Source: an uncultured Rhodospirillales bacterium (GTDB lineage Bacteria; Pseudomonadota; Alphaproteobacteria; Rhodospirillales; UBA2165). From it: DNA of 64,000 bases. The DNA is taken from positions 1,790,923 through 1,854,922 of the forward strand of contig CAJXKD010000001.1 in assembly GCA_913055735.1 (NCBI GenBank), written 5' to 3'. A model generated the notes under the pieces. The model did no database searches, was not told the origin of the DNA, and saw nothing but the letters and a program-made list of their open reading frames with translations. Shown piece by piece: positions 9,533 through 21,217 of the stretch. The first letter of the stretch is position 1. Each line of letters starts with the position of its first letter. A program made the position numbers and the translations under genes.

Positions 9533-10333
9533 ATGGAAGCGGCTCAAAAGTTCGCTGTACTCAAAGCAGCAGGACGTTACTGGGCGGTCGGTGCCGTTCA
9601 CGGCGAAGCAGGCCGTCTGCAGAACCTTCATCACAAACTGGCCGGCAAGCTCCGGGATGGCGACAAGCTGGTGTATCTCGGCAACTTTATCGGCCGAGGC
9701 GAGGCGGTGATCGAAACCATCGACGAACTGCTGCGCTTCCGGCGCGACTTCCTTGCGCGGCCGCGGTCTCATATCAAGGATTTCGTCATGCTGCGCGGCG
9801 GCCAGGAGGAAATCTGGCAGAAGTTGCAGCAGATACATTTGGCGATGGATCCCTCCGCCGTCCTCGAGTGGATGTTGCGCGAGGGGGTCGCGCCAACCAT
9901 CGCGGCCTACGGCGGGCGCGCGGAGGAAGGCGCTTCGGCGATCCGGGAAGGCACCATGGCGCTGAACCGATGGACGTCCGGTCTTCGTCAAGCTGTTCAC
10001 GACCATGATGGACATACGCCCCTGATGTCGAGTTTGCGTCGTGCGGCGTATAGCGACGACGGCGGGCTTCTGTTCGTTCATGCAGGTCTCGATCCGACCC
10101 GGCCCATCGACGGGCAAGCGGACAGTTTCTGGTGGCGCTCAAGCGGCTTCGACGCCATTGATGCGCCCTATGGCACGTTCCGGCGGATCGTCCGCGGCTA
10201 TGATCGCCGCCATGCCGGGGTCAAAATCAATCCCTTTACGGCCACTGTTGATGGCGGGTGCGGTTTCGGCGGATCACTGGTAGCAGCTTGTTTCGATACC
10301 GTCGGCAATATGGTCGATCTGATCGAAGCCTGA
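9533..10333 (+). CDS. PPP/ApaH-like metallophosphoesterase homolog with degenerate metal-binding motifs
   Basis: The fold pattern is recognisable (GAVHG / GNFIGRG / LRGGQE / FVHAG / RGYD / VDGGC), but most metal ligands are substituted. Confidence 0.8.
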   Translation: MEAAQKFAVLKAAGRYWAVGAVHGEAGRLQNLHHKLAGKLRDGDKLVYLGNFIGRGEAVIETIDELLRFRRDFLARPRSHIKDFVMLRGGQEEIWQKLQQIHLAMDPSAVLEWMLREGVAPTIAAYGGRAEEGASAIREGTMALNRWTSGLRQAVHDHDGHTPLMSSLRRAAYSDDGGLLFVHAGLDPTRPIDGQADSFWWRSSGFDAIDAPYGTFRRIVRGYDRRHAGVKINPFTATVDGGCGFGGSLVAACFDTVGNMVDLIEA

Positions 10334-10336
10334 TCG

Positions 10337-10793
10337 GTGGCCAAATTTCCGAGGAAAGTCGTCTCCGGCGGTCAGACGGGCGTAGACCGGGCCGCTCTCG
10401 ATTTCGCCGCGGAAGCCGGTATCGAACATGGCGGCTGGTGCCCTCGCGGCCGGCGGGCCGAAGACGGCACCATCCCGAAAAAGTACCGCCTGACCGAAAC
10501 CGATAGCGACCGTTACGAGGACCGAACCCGGTTCAATGTCCGCGATTCCGATGGCACGTTGGTACTGACCGTCGGCCAACCGTCGGGTGGAACGCGGTTG
10601 ACCGTTCAAATTGCCACGGAGTTGGCAAAGCCCCTCCTTGTCATCGATTTGGATGACGAAACCGGCGCCGTCGCGTTAAACGATTGGCTGTCCGAAAACG
10701 CGATCGAAACGCTGAACGTCGCCGGTCCGCGCGAAAGCGGGCTCCCCGGCATCCGCGACCGGGCATTGGCGTACTTGCGGCGATACCTGCGTG

Positions 10794-10819
<26 letters not shown>
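10337..10819 (+). CDS. SLOG-family protein (circularly permuted YpsA, 'putative molybdenum carrier')
   Basis: VSGGQTGVDRAALD, GGWCP.GR.AEDG, RT..NVRDSDGTL, LNVAGPRES. Confidence 0.88.
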
Positions 10820-12277
<1,458 letters not shown>

Positions 12278-12281
<4 letters not shown>

Positions 12282-13201
12282 TCGATCAACTCGATTTGCT
12301 CCGGATGGGTAGCGTTGATCATAGGACCGTTATAGGAGTCCAGCCAACCGCGCACCCGCACCAACCGGCTTTTCCAGGTTGTGACGTCGACACCGTCGCG
12401 ATTGAATTGCCGAAGCCGATTTGGGGCGATGGATATGGTGAAGTCCGTGCGCCAATTGGGTCCAAAATTCAGATAGGCGCGGCCCCGGACGACCGCAACA
12501 TCAAAAACCCGGCCTTCCACCAATTGAAAGGTGCCGATATCGCCGCCGGCGTCTTCCGGCGTCCGGATGCGATAGAAGGCGTTGCGCCAAATACCTTTGT
12601 GCTCTTGTCGCGCCGTGCGCTCTTCCGTGAGCATCTCTGCGACCAGCGCCCGGTTGTCCGGAAAACTGTAAACCCGTGCCATTCCCCCGGCCAATAGGCG
12701 GCCTTGGACCCAGGTGCCGTCACCAAGATGGAGATGGGCGAGCAACCGGCCATGGCGGTCCATGCGCCGCCCGCCATAAGACAGGGTGACGGATTCGCCG
12801 CGCACCAGATCTTCCAAGGCCGCCTTGGCGTCATCGGCCAAAGGCCATTTGACGAAGTTCGGCCGGTCGAGCGGCAGTTTGGGGGCCTGGATGCCGACCA
12901 GCCGGATTTCGGAGGCCCGCCCGATGGGCTTTTTCATGACGACCGTGTCGCCGTCGACGACCGCGGCAACCGCGACGGTCTCGCCACGAACCAGCCCTTT
13001 ATTTTCCCCGGCATGCGCCGAAAATCCGCCGAACGCTAAGAGAATCGCAAGAAGCGAGCCGCTATACCGATAGGCTGCCGAAACACCGCGAGCTTCGCCT
13101 TTTGGCTGCGGAAAAAATCGGTATGATAGGATCATTCGCCTGATCATCTGCCTGAACATCCGTCTTGTCGTCGGAATGGGGAGGAATCCGGGCATCGCCA
13201 T
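12278..13201 (-). CDS. Thermonuclease (SNase) family protein with C-terminal OB-like domain
   Basis: VVDGDT, IRLVGIQAP, DRHGRLLAH, GMARVY. Start codon uncertain. Confidence 0.85.
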
Positions 13202-13222
13202 AAGAATTCCACGGTTAAATCA

Positions 13223-14188
13223 ATGATGGATGTTGCTTCTACCCAATATCAAATGTTTCCCGAGATTGAGCCCCATACCTCGGGCATGCTCGATCTCGAC
13301 GGGTATCATAAGATGTATTGGGAGGTGTCGGGCAACCCCGATGGGGCGCCTGTCTTGTTTCTGCACGGCGGCCCCGGGGCCGGCGCATCGGCGTCGCACC
13401 GGCGGTTTTTCGACCCCGAGCATTATCGCATCATCGTTTTCGATCAACGCGGCGCCGGCCGCTCGAAGCCCTTCGCCGACGTCGCCAAGAACACGACGCA
13501 GCATCTGATCGAGGATATCGAGAAGCTGCGGGAACATTTGAAGATCGAGGATTGGCTTTTGTTCGGCGGCTCGTGGGGCAGTTCTCTGGCGCTGGCCTAC
13601 GGCATCGCGCATCCCGAACGGGCCAACGGCTTCGTTTTGCGCGGCTTGTTTCTGTGCAGCCGGGACGAAGTAAATTGGTTCCTCGGCGGGGTCGCCAAGG
13701 TATTTCCGGAAGCGTGGCGCGATTTCATTACCTATTTGCCGGAAGAAGAGCGCCACGACCCGCTGACCCATTTCCATAAGCGGCTCGTCCATGACGATCC
13801 CGCGGTTCACGGACCGGCGGCGCGTATTTGGGCGCGGTTCGAAGGCGCTTGCTCGACGCTGCTCCCCAATCAGCGCAGTGTCGCCGGACTGGAGTCGGGG
13901 CGCGCCGCCTTGGCGCTTGCCCGGATCGAAGCGCACTACTTCATGCACGATCTGTTTCTGCCGGAGAACCATTTCTTCGACGAGCTTCACCGGATCAAAC
14001 ATATTCCGGCGGTGATCGTGCAAGGACGGTATGACATGGTGTGCCCGATCGGGACGGCCGATGCCTTCACAAACGCCTGGCCTGAAGCGGAATACATCAT
14101 CGTTCCCGATGCCGGCCATTCGGCGATGGAACCCTCGATCCGCTCCGCACTCGTCGCGGCTACCGAACGTTTCAAGACGCGTATCTAA
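13223..14188 (+). CDS. pip: Proline iminopeptidase
   Basis: LHGGPG, FDQRGAGRS, GGSWG, GRYD, DAGHS. Confidence 0.95.
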   Translation: MMDVASTQYQMFPEIEPHTSGMLDLDGYHKMYWEVSGNPDGAPVLFLHGGPGAGASASHRRFFDPEHYRIIVFDQRGAGRSKPFADVAKNTTQHLIEDIEKLREHLKIEDWLLFGGSWGSSLALAYGIAHPERANGFVLRGLFLCSRDEVNWFLGGVAKVFPEAWRDFITYLPEEERHDPLTHFHKRLVHDDPAVHGPAARIWARFEGACSTLLPNQRSVAGLESGRAALALARIEAHYFMHDLFLPENHFFDELHRIKHIPAVIVQGRYDMVCPIGTADAFTNAWPEAEYIIVPDAGHSAMEPSIRSALVAATERFKTRI

Positions 14189-14267
14189 TCGGGCGTTTCC
14201 AAACGCTTCTCTCTTGAAGGTTCATGATCTAAACTGATCCCCGGTTCTTCACAGGGGGAAAAGAATC

Positions 14268-14789
14268 GTGAGGCTCTGGGGCGCCCTTGGGGCGATTTTT
14301 ACCGCGATACCGCTGCTGCTGTCCGGTCCGCCGGCGCAGGCCGCCGATCCGGATTTCCTGTCGATCGGCGTCGGGTATTTCGATTTCAACCGTCAAAAAG
14401 ACGAAGGCGCCGAGTTCCGGATCGAATACCGCTCGGATATCGAGCTGTGGCATATTCGGCCGTTCGTCGCCGCTGCGGGGTCATCGTCGGGCCATGGCTT
14501 CATCGGTGCCGGCGTGCTGTTGGATATTTTTTTCGGCCGCCGCTTCGTCCTCACACCGAGCTTTGCGCCGCATTATTATTTCGGCGGTAACGACGATCTG
14601 GATCTCGGACACGAGGTGGAGTTCCGCTCCCAGCTCGAATTCGCTTACCGGTTCGATGACCGCTCACGTCTCGGGCTGGCCATCTCGCACTATTCCAATG
14701 CCGGGCTCGGCGACACCAATCCCGGCACGGAAACGGTGAGCGTCTATTATTCGCTGCCGCTTTCCAATATCGGCAGCCTCCTCGACTAG
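14268..14789 (+). CDS. Lipid A 3-O-deacylase (PagL-like) outer-membrane beta-barrel
   Basis: Signal peptide, EFRSQLE, SHYSNAG, NPGTE motifs. Confidence 0.8.
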   Translation: MRLWGALGAIFTAIPLLLSGPPAQAADPDFLSIGVGYFDFNRQKDEGAEFRIEYRSDIELWHIRPFVAAAGSSSGHGFIGAGVLLDIFFGRRFVLTPSFAPHYYFGGNDDLDLGHEVEFRSQLEFAYRFDDRSRLGLAISHYSNAGLGDTNPGTETVSVYYSLPLSNIGSLLD

Positions 14790-14807
14790 GCTCCCTTACT
14801 TTCCCGT

Positions 14808-15437
14808 TTATTTTCTGGGCGGAATGCCCGCCGCTACCGGATTGTCCTCGGGGCTTTTCCATTCGGTGACCACTTGCGCGTATTCGGCCCGGGCCCGTTC
14901 GCCCGGTTTCTCGGGTGCGCTACCGATATAGATCAGCGCAATGATTTCCGTGTCGGCGGCATGGCCGAGGGCGCGCTTGATGTCGGAATTGTAGACCGGC
15001 CATTCGGTCAGCCATTGCGCGGCGTATCCGAGGGCGTGCGCGCCATTGAGGATGTTCTGGCACAGGGCGCCGCCGGACAGCTTCTGCTCCATCACCGGCA
15101 CCTTGGCGATGCGTTCCATGTTGGGGTACGCGGTCACCACCAACAGGACGGGCGCGCGCTGCGGCCGGTCCCGTTCCACTTCGAGTTCTTCGTCGGTGGC
15201 GTCCGGATGCTCCTTCAGATAGGCCTGGGCGAAGACCTCGCCGAGGCGTCCCTGGGCCTCCTTGCGCACGATCTGAATGCGCCACGGGGCGCAGCGGCCA
15301 TGATCCGGCACCCGCAACCCGGCATTGATGATCTGGTCCAGTTCGGCGTCTGACGGGCCCGGCTCGGTCATGTCGCGCACCACCAGCGAGCGGCGGTTCA
15401 TCAGAAACTCAATCGGGTCCCAATTCTGGCTTGTCAT
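14808..15437 (-). CDS. Nitroreductase (YdjA-like)
   Basis: RRS, RVPDHG..PWR, RAP, WLT motifs. Start MTSQ at 15437 after GGAG. Confidence 0.9.
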   Translation of the reverse strand: MTSQNWDPIEFLMNRRSLVVRDMTEPGPSDAELDQIINAGLRVPDHGRCAPWRIQIVRKEAQGRLGEVFAQAYLKEHPDATDEELEVERDRPQRAPVLLVVTAYPNMERIAKVPVMEQKLSGGALCQNILNGAHALGYAAQWLTEWPVYNSDIKRALGHAADTEIIALIYIGSAPEKPGERARAEYAQVVTEWKSPEDNPVAAGIPPRK

Positions 15438-15512
15438 GGGGGCGTTCTCTCCGGTCTCTTCTGCTCTTTGGGGACCGTTTAGATAGCGGGCCCGACGGGA
15501 CGGATCAATCAT

Positions 15513-15535
15513 TATTTGCGAATCATTCTCAAATA
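15513..15535. promoter_or_regulatory. Fur-box-like inverted repeat
   Basis: TATTTGCGAAT-C-ATTCTCAAATA is an 11-1-11 palindrome with one mismatch. Its core resembles the 7-1-7 Fur box. Confidence 0.6.
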
Positions 15536-15653
15536 GAAGGGGCGTTTGTCCGGACATGGATGAGCGTCATTTCATTGCCGCGATACGGTTGCTATAACGC
15601 CCCCTAGACCAAATTTGGGAAGCAAACCTAAACAAATCTGGGAGGGCACCAGG

Positions 15654-15730
<77 letters not shown>

Positions 15731-15779
15731 TTTCATCCACCGGCCCGGTTGAGGCCGTATACAGCAAAAGAGTTCAGGA

Positions 15780-16598
15780 ATGAAAATCGGGGAGTTGTTC
15801 GACGTCACCGGTCTGGTGACCATCATCACGGGCGGGGCGAGCGGCATCGGTCTCGGCATCGCCGAGGCCATGGCGGAAAACGGCGCCAAGGTGTTTCTGT
15901 TCGATCGCAACGACGAAACGGTGCATGCCGAGGTCGAACGGTTGCGCGGCGACGGCTACGACGTACGCGGTGCGCTGGTCGACGTCACCGACGCCGACGG
16001 TCTGGCCGCCGCCTTCGATGCGGTGAAAGCCGAGGCGGGCCGCGTCGACGTGGCGTTCGTCAATGCCGGGATCGGCGGCGGGCCCGGATTCCTGAAAACC
16101 GACAACACCCGCAACACCGAGCGCCTGTTCGAGGATCTGCCGGTCGATCAATTGGAGGGCGTTCTGTCCGTCAATGTGGTGGGGGCGTTCCTGACCATTC
16201 AGCAGGCGTCGCGGATCATGCGCGAGCAGAAAGCGGGGCGCATCATCGTCACCTCGTCGGTCTCCGCCTTCCGGACGGAGCCGCATGTGGGAACGCCTTA
16301 CGTGGTGTCCAAGGGGGCGGTCGGGCAGTTGGTCCGCCAGGCGGCGTTCGAGCTGGCGCGCGAGGGGATCAACGTCAATGCCATCGCGCCGGGGCCGTTC
16401 ATCACCAATATTTCCGGCGGGCGGCTGCAGGACCCCGAGGTCCAGGCGCCGTTTGCCAAACTGATCCCCATGCACCGCATGGGCACGCCCGCCGACGTGC
16501 AGGGGCTTGCTCTGTTCCTCGCGTCACCGGCGTCGAGCTATATCACCGGCGCGCACATCTTTGTTGATGGCGGCGGTATGCTCGGCATCGCGGATTAG
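15780..16598 (+). CDS. SDR family oxidoreductase
   Basis: TGGASGIG, NAG, YVVSK. Confidence 0.92.
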   Translation: MKIGELFDVTGLVTIITGGASGIGLGIAEAMAENGAKVFLFDRNDETVHAEVERLRGDGYDVRGALVDVTDADGLAAAFDAVKAEAGRVDVAFVNAGIGGGPGFLKTDNTRNTERLFEDLPVDQLEGVLSVNVVGAFLTIQQASRIMREQKAGRIIVTSSVSAFRTEPHVGTPYVVSKGAVGQLVRQAAFELAREGINVNAIAPGPFITNISGGRLQDPEVQAPFAKLIPMHRMGTPADVQGLALFLASPASSYITGAHIFVDGGGMLGIAD

Positions 16599-16612
16599 AT
16601 ATAGGGGATGAT

Positions 16613-17635
16613 CTATCTTGTGATCTTCACGGCGACGGAATCCACGTTCATATCTTTCGGGTAAACATCCGCGTTGACGATGCGGTACGAAAGATAGGTG
16701 AACTCTCGCTTCTCACGTTCGATATATTCATAAAAGGCCCGGACTTCATCGTAATAGTATTCGTCGAACACAATGACGGTTCCTGGCACGATCAGATCGT
16801 GAAATTCCGACAAAATTGTTTGAGTCGCTGAATAAATATCACAATCAATATGGATAAATGCGGCCGGTTCGTCATGGTTGGCGACAAAAGCGGGCAGCGT
16901 ATCGGCAAACCAACCTTTGTAGAGCTGAACATTGGGCAGGACTTCGGGCATTTCGCCGTTGAGACTCAAATGCCCGACTGGATACTTATTCCAGGTCTCG
17001 GGCAGCCCCTCGAAAGAGTCAAAACCGTGGAACGTGATCTCGGGTAGCCGCGCCGCCATGAAATTAATCATACCACCCTTGTAGACACCCAATTCCGTAT
17101 ATAGCCCGTCGAATTCGACGGCGGCGAATGCGTGCTCAATATGAGCTTCCCAACTGTTGAAGACCCGCGCTTCGAGAAGCATTTTCCGATCATATGATTG
17201 GCTCAATTGGCGCCGCCTTTTTTCGAAGTCCTCGTATCGGGGGTCTTGCATGAAAACCGGGGGTGTTGTCAGCTCAGCAAGCGATTGTTGAACGATTTTT
17301 CCCAATGACTTCGTAAAGGTACGGGAAAGTATGACTTCTTCGGCTATTTTACCTTCGCCATTGCGTGCTTTCGCCTCGGTCATGTGCGTTTCTACTAGCG
17401 TATGGGCGGGCGGAAATTCGATATTCTTCATTCGGGCGAGATCGGCACAGATTTGGGCTTGTGTAATCGCGAGATCCTGACGGCCCATCAAGGCGTATGT
17501 CCTCGCGAGCTGGCGGCGTAGTTCGATATTGCCTTCATCCTCCTTGAGCAGGAGTTGGAGGACTTGCTCAGCCCAGCGGCAACCGCCGCCGGTATTCATG
17601 TCGCAAGCCAGTTTGAGAAGTTTTTGCTTCATCAT
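16613..17635 (-). CDS. TylF/MycF-like class I SAM O-methyltransferase with N-terminal TPR-like region
   Basis: ELGVYKG, GFDSFEGLP, KGWFADTL, IHIDCDIY, VFDEY. Confidence 0.8.
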   Translation of the reverse strand: MMKQKLLKLACDMNTGGGCRWAEQVLQLLLKEDEGNIELRRQLARTYALMGRQDLAITQAQICADLARMKNIEFPPAHTLVETHMTEAKARNGEGKIAEEVILSRTFTKSLGKIVQQSLAELTTPPVFMQDPRYEDFEKRRRQLSQSYDRKMLLEARVFNSWEAHIEHAFAAVEFDGLYTELGVYKGGMINFMAARLPEITFHGFDSFEGLPETWNKYPVGHLSLNGEMPEVLPNVQLYKGWFADTLPAFVANHDEPAAFIHIDCDIYSATQTILSEFHDLIVPGTVIVFDEYYYDEVRAFYEYIEREKREFTYLSYRIVNADVYPKDMNVDSVAVKITR

Positions 17636-17741
17636 CTCCAGTGGCCCAATGTTTATGGGAACGCAAACCATCGTCCAAAAGCGTTAATAAATATCTTTTG
17701 GTTCGGGTCGGCCGCCCTTGCCCGGCGGTTGATGGGGTCGG

Positions 17742-18767
17742 TTAGACTGACCCCAGCTCCCGGCGGACGATATCGGTCCCCGCGCCGAGGGCGCGCAGCT
17801 TGGCGGACGCCACGTCCCGCGGCAGCGGCGCGAGGCCGCAATTGGTGCAGGGCTGGAGCCGCTCCGGATCGACGAACTCCATCGCAGCGCGGATGTGGCC
17901 CGCGACTTCTTCCGGGGGTTCTGCCGTTTGCTTGGCGACATCGATGACGCCGACCAGCACGTCCTTGTCCTTGAGAAGGCCGAGGAGCGACAAGGGAACC
18001 TTGGAATTGGCGCATTCTAGCGAGACCTGATCGATGCGGCTGTCGTTGAGGGCCGGAAAGATCTCCTCGTACTGACGCCATTCGTTGCCGAGGCTCGTTT
18101 TCCAATCGATGTTCGCTTGGATGCCGTAGCCGTAACAGATATGAACGGCGATCTTGCAATTGACGCCATCGATCGCCCGATGCAACGCCTCGATGCCCCA
18201 ATTCTTGACGTCGTTCATGAACACGTTGAAGGCGGGTTCGTCGAACTGGATCACGTCGACGCCCGCGGCTTCCAGCTCACGGATTTCCTCGTTGAGAACC
18301 TCGGCAAAGGCCATTGCCATGTCGGCGCGGCTGCCGTAATGGCCGTCGGCGATGGTGTCGCAGATGGTCATCGGGCCAGGCAGGGTGAATTTGAGCTGGC
18401 GGTCGGTAACGCCGCGTGCGAAGGCAGCCTCCGCGCTATGGATGGAGCCCGGCCGTTTGATCGGCGCGGTAACTGTCGGCACATCGACGACGTAGCGGTT
18501 GTCGCGGATGCCCATCTTGGTTTTCTTCTGCCAATCGATACCTTGGATATGTTCGAGGAAGCCGTGAACGAAATGGACGCGGAACTGTTCGCCTTCGCTG
18601 ACGATGTCGATGCCGGCGGCCTCTTGCTCCTTGATCCATATATAAGCAGCGTCGCGCTTACCTTCTTCCAACTGTTCGCCCGACAGCTGCCAGGCAGGCC
18701 ACAATTTCTCCGGTTCGGCAAGCCAGGACGGCTTGGGCAGGCTGCCCGATATAGTGGTCGTCAGCAT
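17742..18767 (-). CDS. Single-barrel cobalamin-independent methionine synthase (MesD-like)
   Basis: GSLPKPSWLA, GEQ, LPGPMT, QFDEPAFN, HICYGYG, LEC, TNCG; Zn ligands present. Confidence 0.85.
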   Translation of the reverse strand: MLTTTISGSLPKPSWLAEPEKLWPAWQLSGEQLEEGKRDAAYIWIKEQEAAGIDIVSEGEQFRVHFVHGFLEHIQGIDWQKKTKMGIRDNRYVVDVPTVTAPIKRPGSIHSAEAAFARGVTDRQLKFTLPGPMTICDTIADGHYGSRADMAMAFAEVLNEEIRELEAAGVDVIQFDEPAFNVFMNDVKNWGIEALHRAIDGVNCKIAVHICYGYGIQANIDWKTSLGNEWRQYEEIFPALNDSRIDQVSLECANSKVPLSLLGLLKDKDVLVGVIDVAKQTAEPPEEVAGHIRAAMEFVDPERLQPCTNCGLAPLPRDVASAKLRALGAGTDIVRRELGSV

Positions 18768-18824
18768 GCGGTTTCTCCCTGTTTTGGTTTGCTGTAACCG
18801 TGATCGGTCATTTCAGCTTTCGTT

Positions 18825-20945
18825 TCAAGCAGGTTTGCCAGGACCAATGAAAGTGTCTTGCTGTGAGGGGGAGTGATTGGGGTTGCCGGACAGAGACGAA
18901 AGACCCGATCGCGTCAAACTTTGGCGAAGTAACTCCGCGTTTGTCTTTTCCATACGCGCGATCTTCACATTTTGTGCGTTCACCAGCCGTTCGAGGTTGT
19001 CCGCCCGTTCCAACGCCATGGCGAACCAATTGTTGGCGGATTTGTTGTCCAACCAAGTCGACAGAAGCCATTCGATCACGAGATCACTTTCGCTCGTATC
19101 GGCGTTTCCGGCTTTGAGATCATTGAGTTCTTGGAGAAAATGGAGGAAATCGCGATTGTGTCTTTGCGCCTCGACTGCGGCGACCATCTGTGTCCGCAGT
19201 TCGTTCATGCGGTTAAGGTCAGCTTTGTATGCTGCCAGCGGTTCGCCGAAATCGTAGGCGGCTGCTAGCCCGTCGAACCGACTCCGGCATACCTCGTATA
19301 CCTCAAGGTCCGGCGCCAGGGCCATTTTGAGCTTCATGCGAATCCGCTTCGGGATGATCCTATCGTCGAACTCGTTTTCGGCCATGACCGGAAGCAAAGG
19401 CAACTGAACCTCATCTGAGCCGAAGTGGGCGGCCATCAAGAAAACCGAAAGGGCGAACTGGTCATTCAAGCCGACGAAGTCAAAGTGCTGTTTAATATTG
19501 TCGATTGCACGCTCCAAGCGCGTTGTAATCGGCTCGTTCTTGTCGATCTCGTGATTCGGCTGGTCGGTGATAAAATCTCTTTTCTGATGAGCATAGAAGG
19601 CAAAGCTATCGGTAAGCATGTTGGGTATCTCGATTTCTTCCATCCGTTCCAACATCGCCTTTTCGGTAGGTGTATCGATCCCTAAGCACAACTCCTCAAA
19701 CATCCGCTTTAGCGGATTTGCGACGGATGTGACATAGACCGCGTCGCAGTCCAGGAAATCGTGAATGCCAAAGACATGCCCGCCAAAAACGATTTTGTCT
19801 GAAAGTGAAACGCCGTTGTTGACAGCTGACCAGGGGTCCAAGACGACTTCGCGGCCAACTTTTTCCGATCCGATTGTGTCAAACATGCGTTTGCACATTG
19901 ATTGCTCGTTGCCGACCAGAGCGATCAAGGCTTTACTTTGGTTGCGCGCAAGGGTGGCTCCGGCAACCGGAAATGTTTGGCTGTCGGGTACCCGGCTGTA
20001 GCTGAAATCAAGGTTTAGGGAATGAATTTCCTCGAGTCCGCCAGATTTCATCGCCGTTCGCCGATCGGCGTCGCTACCAATTCCGAGAATGCCGGTGGGG
20101 CCAACCGAGAATCGCTCGGTGATAATAAAATGTTCGCTGTTTAAGTGGTTGATCGGGTAATAGCGATCTCGAATAACCGAGGAATTCGGAAAAAATTTGA
20201 GCTCGCACGATAGCCGTGCCCTGTCCATCGCCGCCGACATATGCGTCTTGTGTGGGCACATGCCGGTAAAGACAAGGGCATCACCGAGTTCGACATCGGG
20301 CGTCCATAGCAATGCGCCCTCGAGTGCTTGGTTCGAGAGCTCCAAATTGTTTTTGTATGGGTAAATCGAGTTCGGTTCGGTTGGCAGGAGCTCGTCACGG
20401 GAGCCCGGCAAAAAAGTTAGAGAAGGCGCGACATCCGCACCGGCCAGATCGGGGGATAGGAGCAACCACACGATCATCATGGGACCATAGGTGTCAAGAG
20501 GGCAACACCGACTGTCCTGATGGAAAGGCTCCGCCATAGGTTCGGCAAGGAAATGCCCGTTCTCATCGGGAGACACATTGGAAACGTGTCGCAGGGCGGA
20601 ACAGTAAAGTGCGGGAAGCGACAGTTCCTGTGTATCCAACGCACCGGCAACGATAGGAAAAAGCGGTTTACTGCGGAGCAGGTTGATCAGGGGATAGGAG
20701 ATCGGCGTATTCGAATCATTGATCGGATAGTATAGACATCGGGGTGGCTGAAGGCTTCCGTTCGTTCGGGCCTGCGCGAAAATGCGCCGCCGTTCCTGAC
20801 GCAGGAACGCTGGGTCGATGGCATTCTTAAGTTGGATGCATTTGTGCGTTTTCAATGCCGCGATTGCGTCGGGAACGTTTGCCGACCGTGCATCGAAGAT
20901 TAAATGCCGGAAGTTTGCACTATCGCGCCGGAGCCCTTTTTCCAT
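18825..20945 (-). CDS. Hypothetical fusion: PhyH-like 2OG-Fe(II) dioxygenase domain, degenerate sulfotransferase-like domain and coiled coil
   Basis: N-terminal FHQD...GDALVF...PHKT...R.S. C-terminal GGH...NPLKR...FDFVGL...DLEVY pattern. Confidence 0.55.
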   Translation of the reverse strand: MEKGLRRDSANFRHLIFDARSANVPDAIAALKTHKCIQLKNAIDPAFLRQERRRIFAQARTNGSLQPPRCLYYPINDSNTPISYPLINLLRSKPLFPIVAGALDTQELSLPALYCSALRHVSNVSPDENGHFLAEPMAEPFHQDSRCCPLDTYGPMMIVWLLLSPDLAGADVAPSLTFLPGSRDELLPTEPNSIYPYKNNLELSNQALEGALLWTPDVELGDALVFTGMCPHKTHMSAAMDRARLSCELKFFPNSSVIRDRYYPINHLNSEHFIITERFSVGPTGILGIGSDADRRTAMKSGGLEEIHSLNLDFSYSRVPDSQTFPVAGATLARNQSKALIALVGNEQSMCKRMFDTIGSEKVGREVVLDPWSAVNNGVSLSDKIVFGGHVFGIHDFLDCDAVYVTSVANPLKRMFEELCLGIDTPTEKAMLERMEEIEIPNMLTDSFAFYAHQKRDFITDQPNHEIDKNEPITTRLERAIDNIKQHFDFVGLNDQFALSVFLMAAHFGSDEVQLPLLPVMAENEFDDRIIPKRIRMKLKMALAPDLEVYEVCRSRFDGLAAAYDFGEPLAAYKADLNRMNELRTQMVAAVEAQRHNRDFLHFLQELNDLKAGNADTSESDLVIEWLLSTWLDNKSANNWFAMALERADNLERLVNAQNVKIARMEKTNAELLRQSLTRSGLSSLSGNPNHSPSQQDTFIGPGKPA

Positions 20946-21217
20946 CAGGTATCAGCCTCCGAAAGTTTGGCGATGATCCGTTGTATTTCCGTTTGTCTTG
21001 GTATTTCTGGGAGACTTCGCAAATGTCTCAGAAAATGAATAAAATTTGGTTAGGTTAACTAGTTTGGAAACCTGCTTTTGGGCAGGCGCCCATAGTTTGG
21101 GCGGTCTGGGAAACCCCAAGAAATGCTTTGCGCTTGGATCGGTACGGTCTTGGGCGCTACGCTTAGCCGAGGTGATGAAAAACTAGGGCCGCGTAACGGC
21201 CGGCAGGGAGAGAGACA

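Noticed and set aside
18768-18830. SAM or cobalamin riboswitch upstream of the methionine synthase
   Set aside because: Only ~57 bp are available and no consensus elements are visible.
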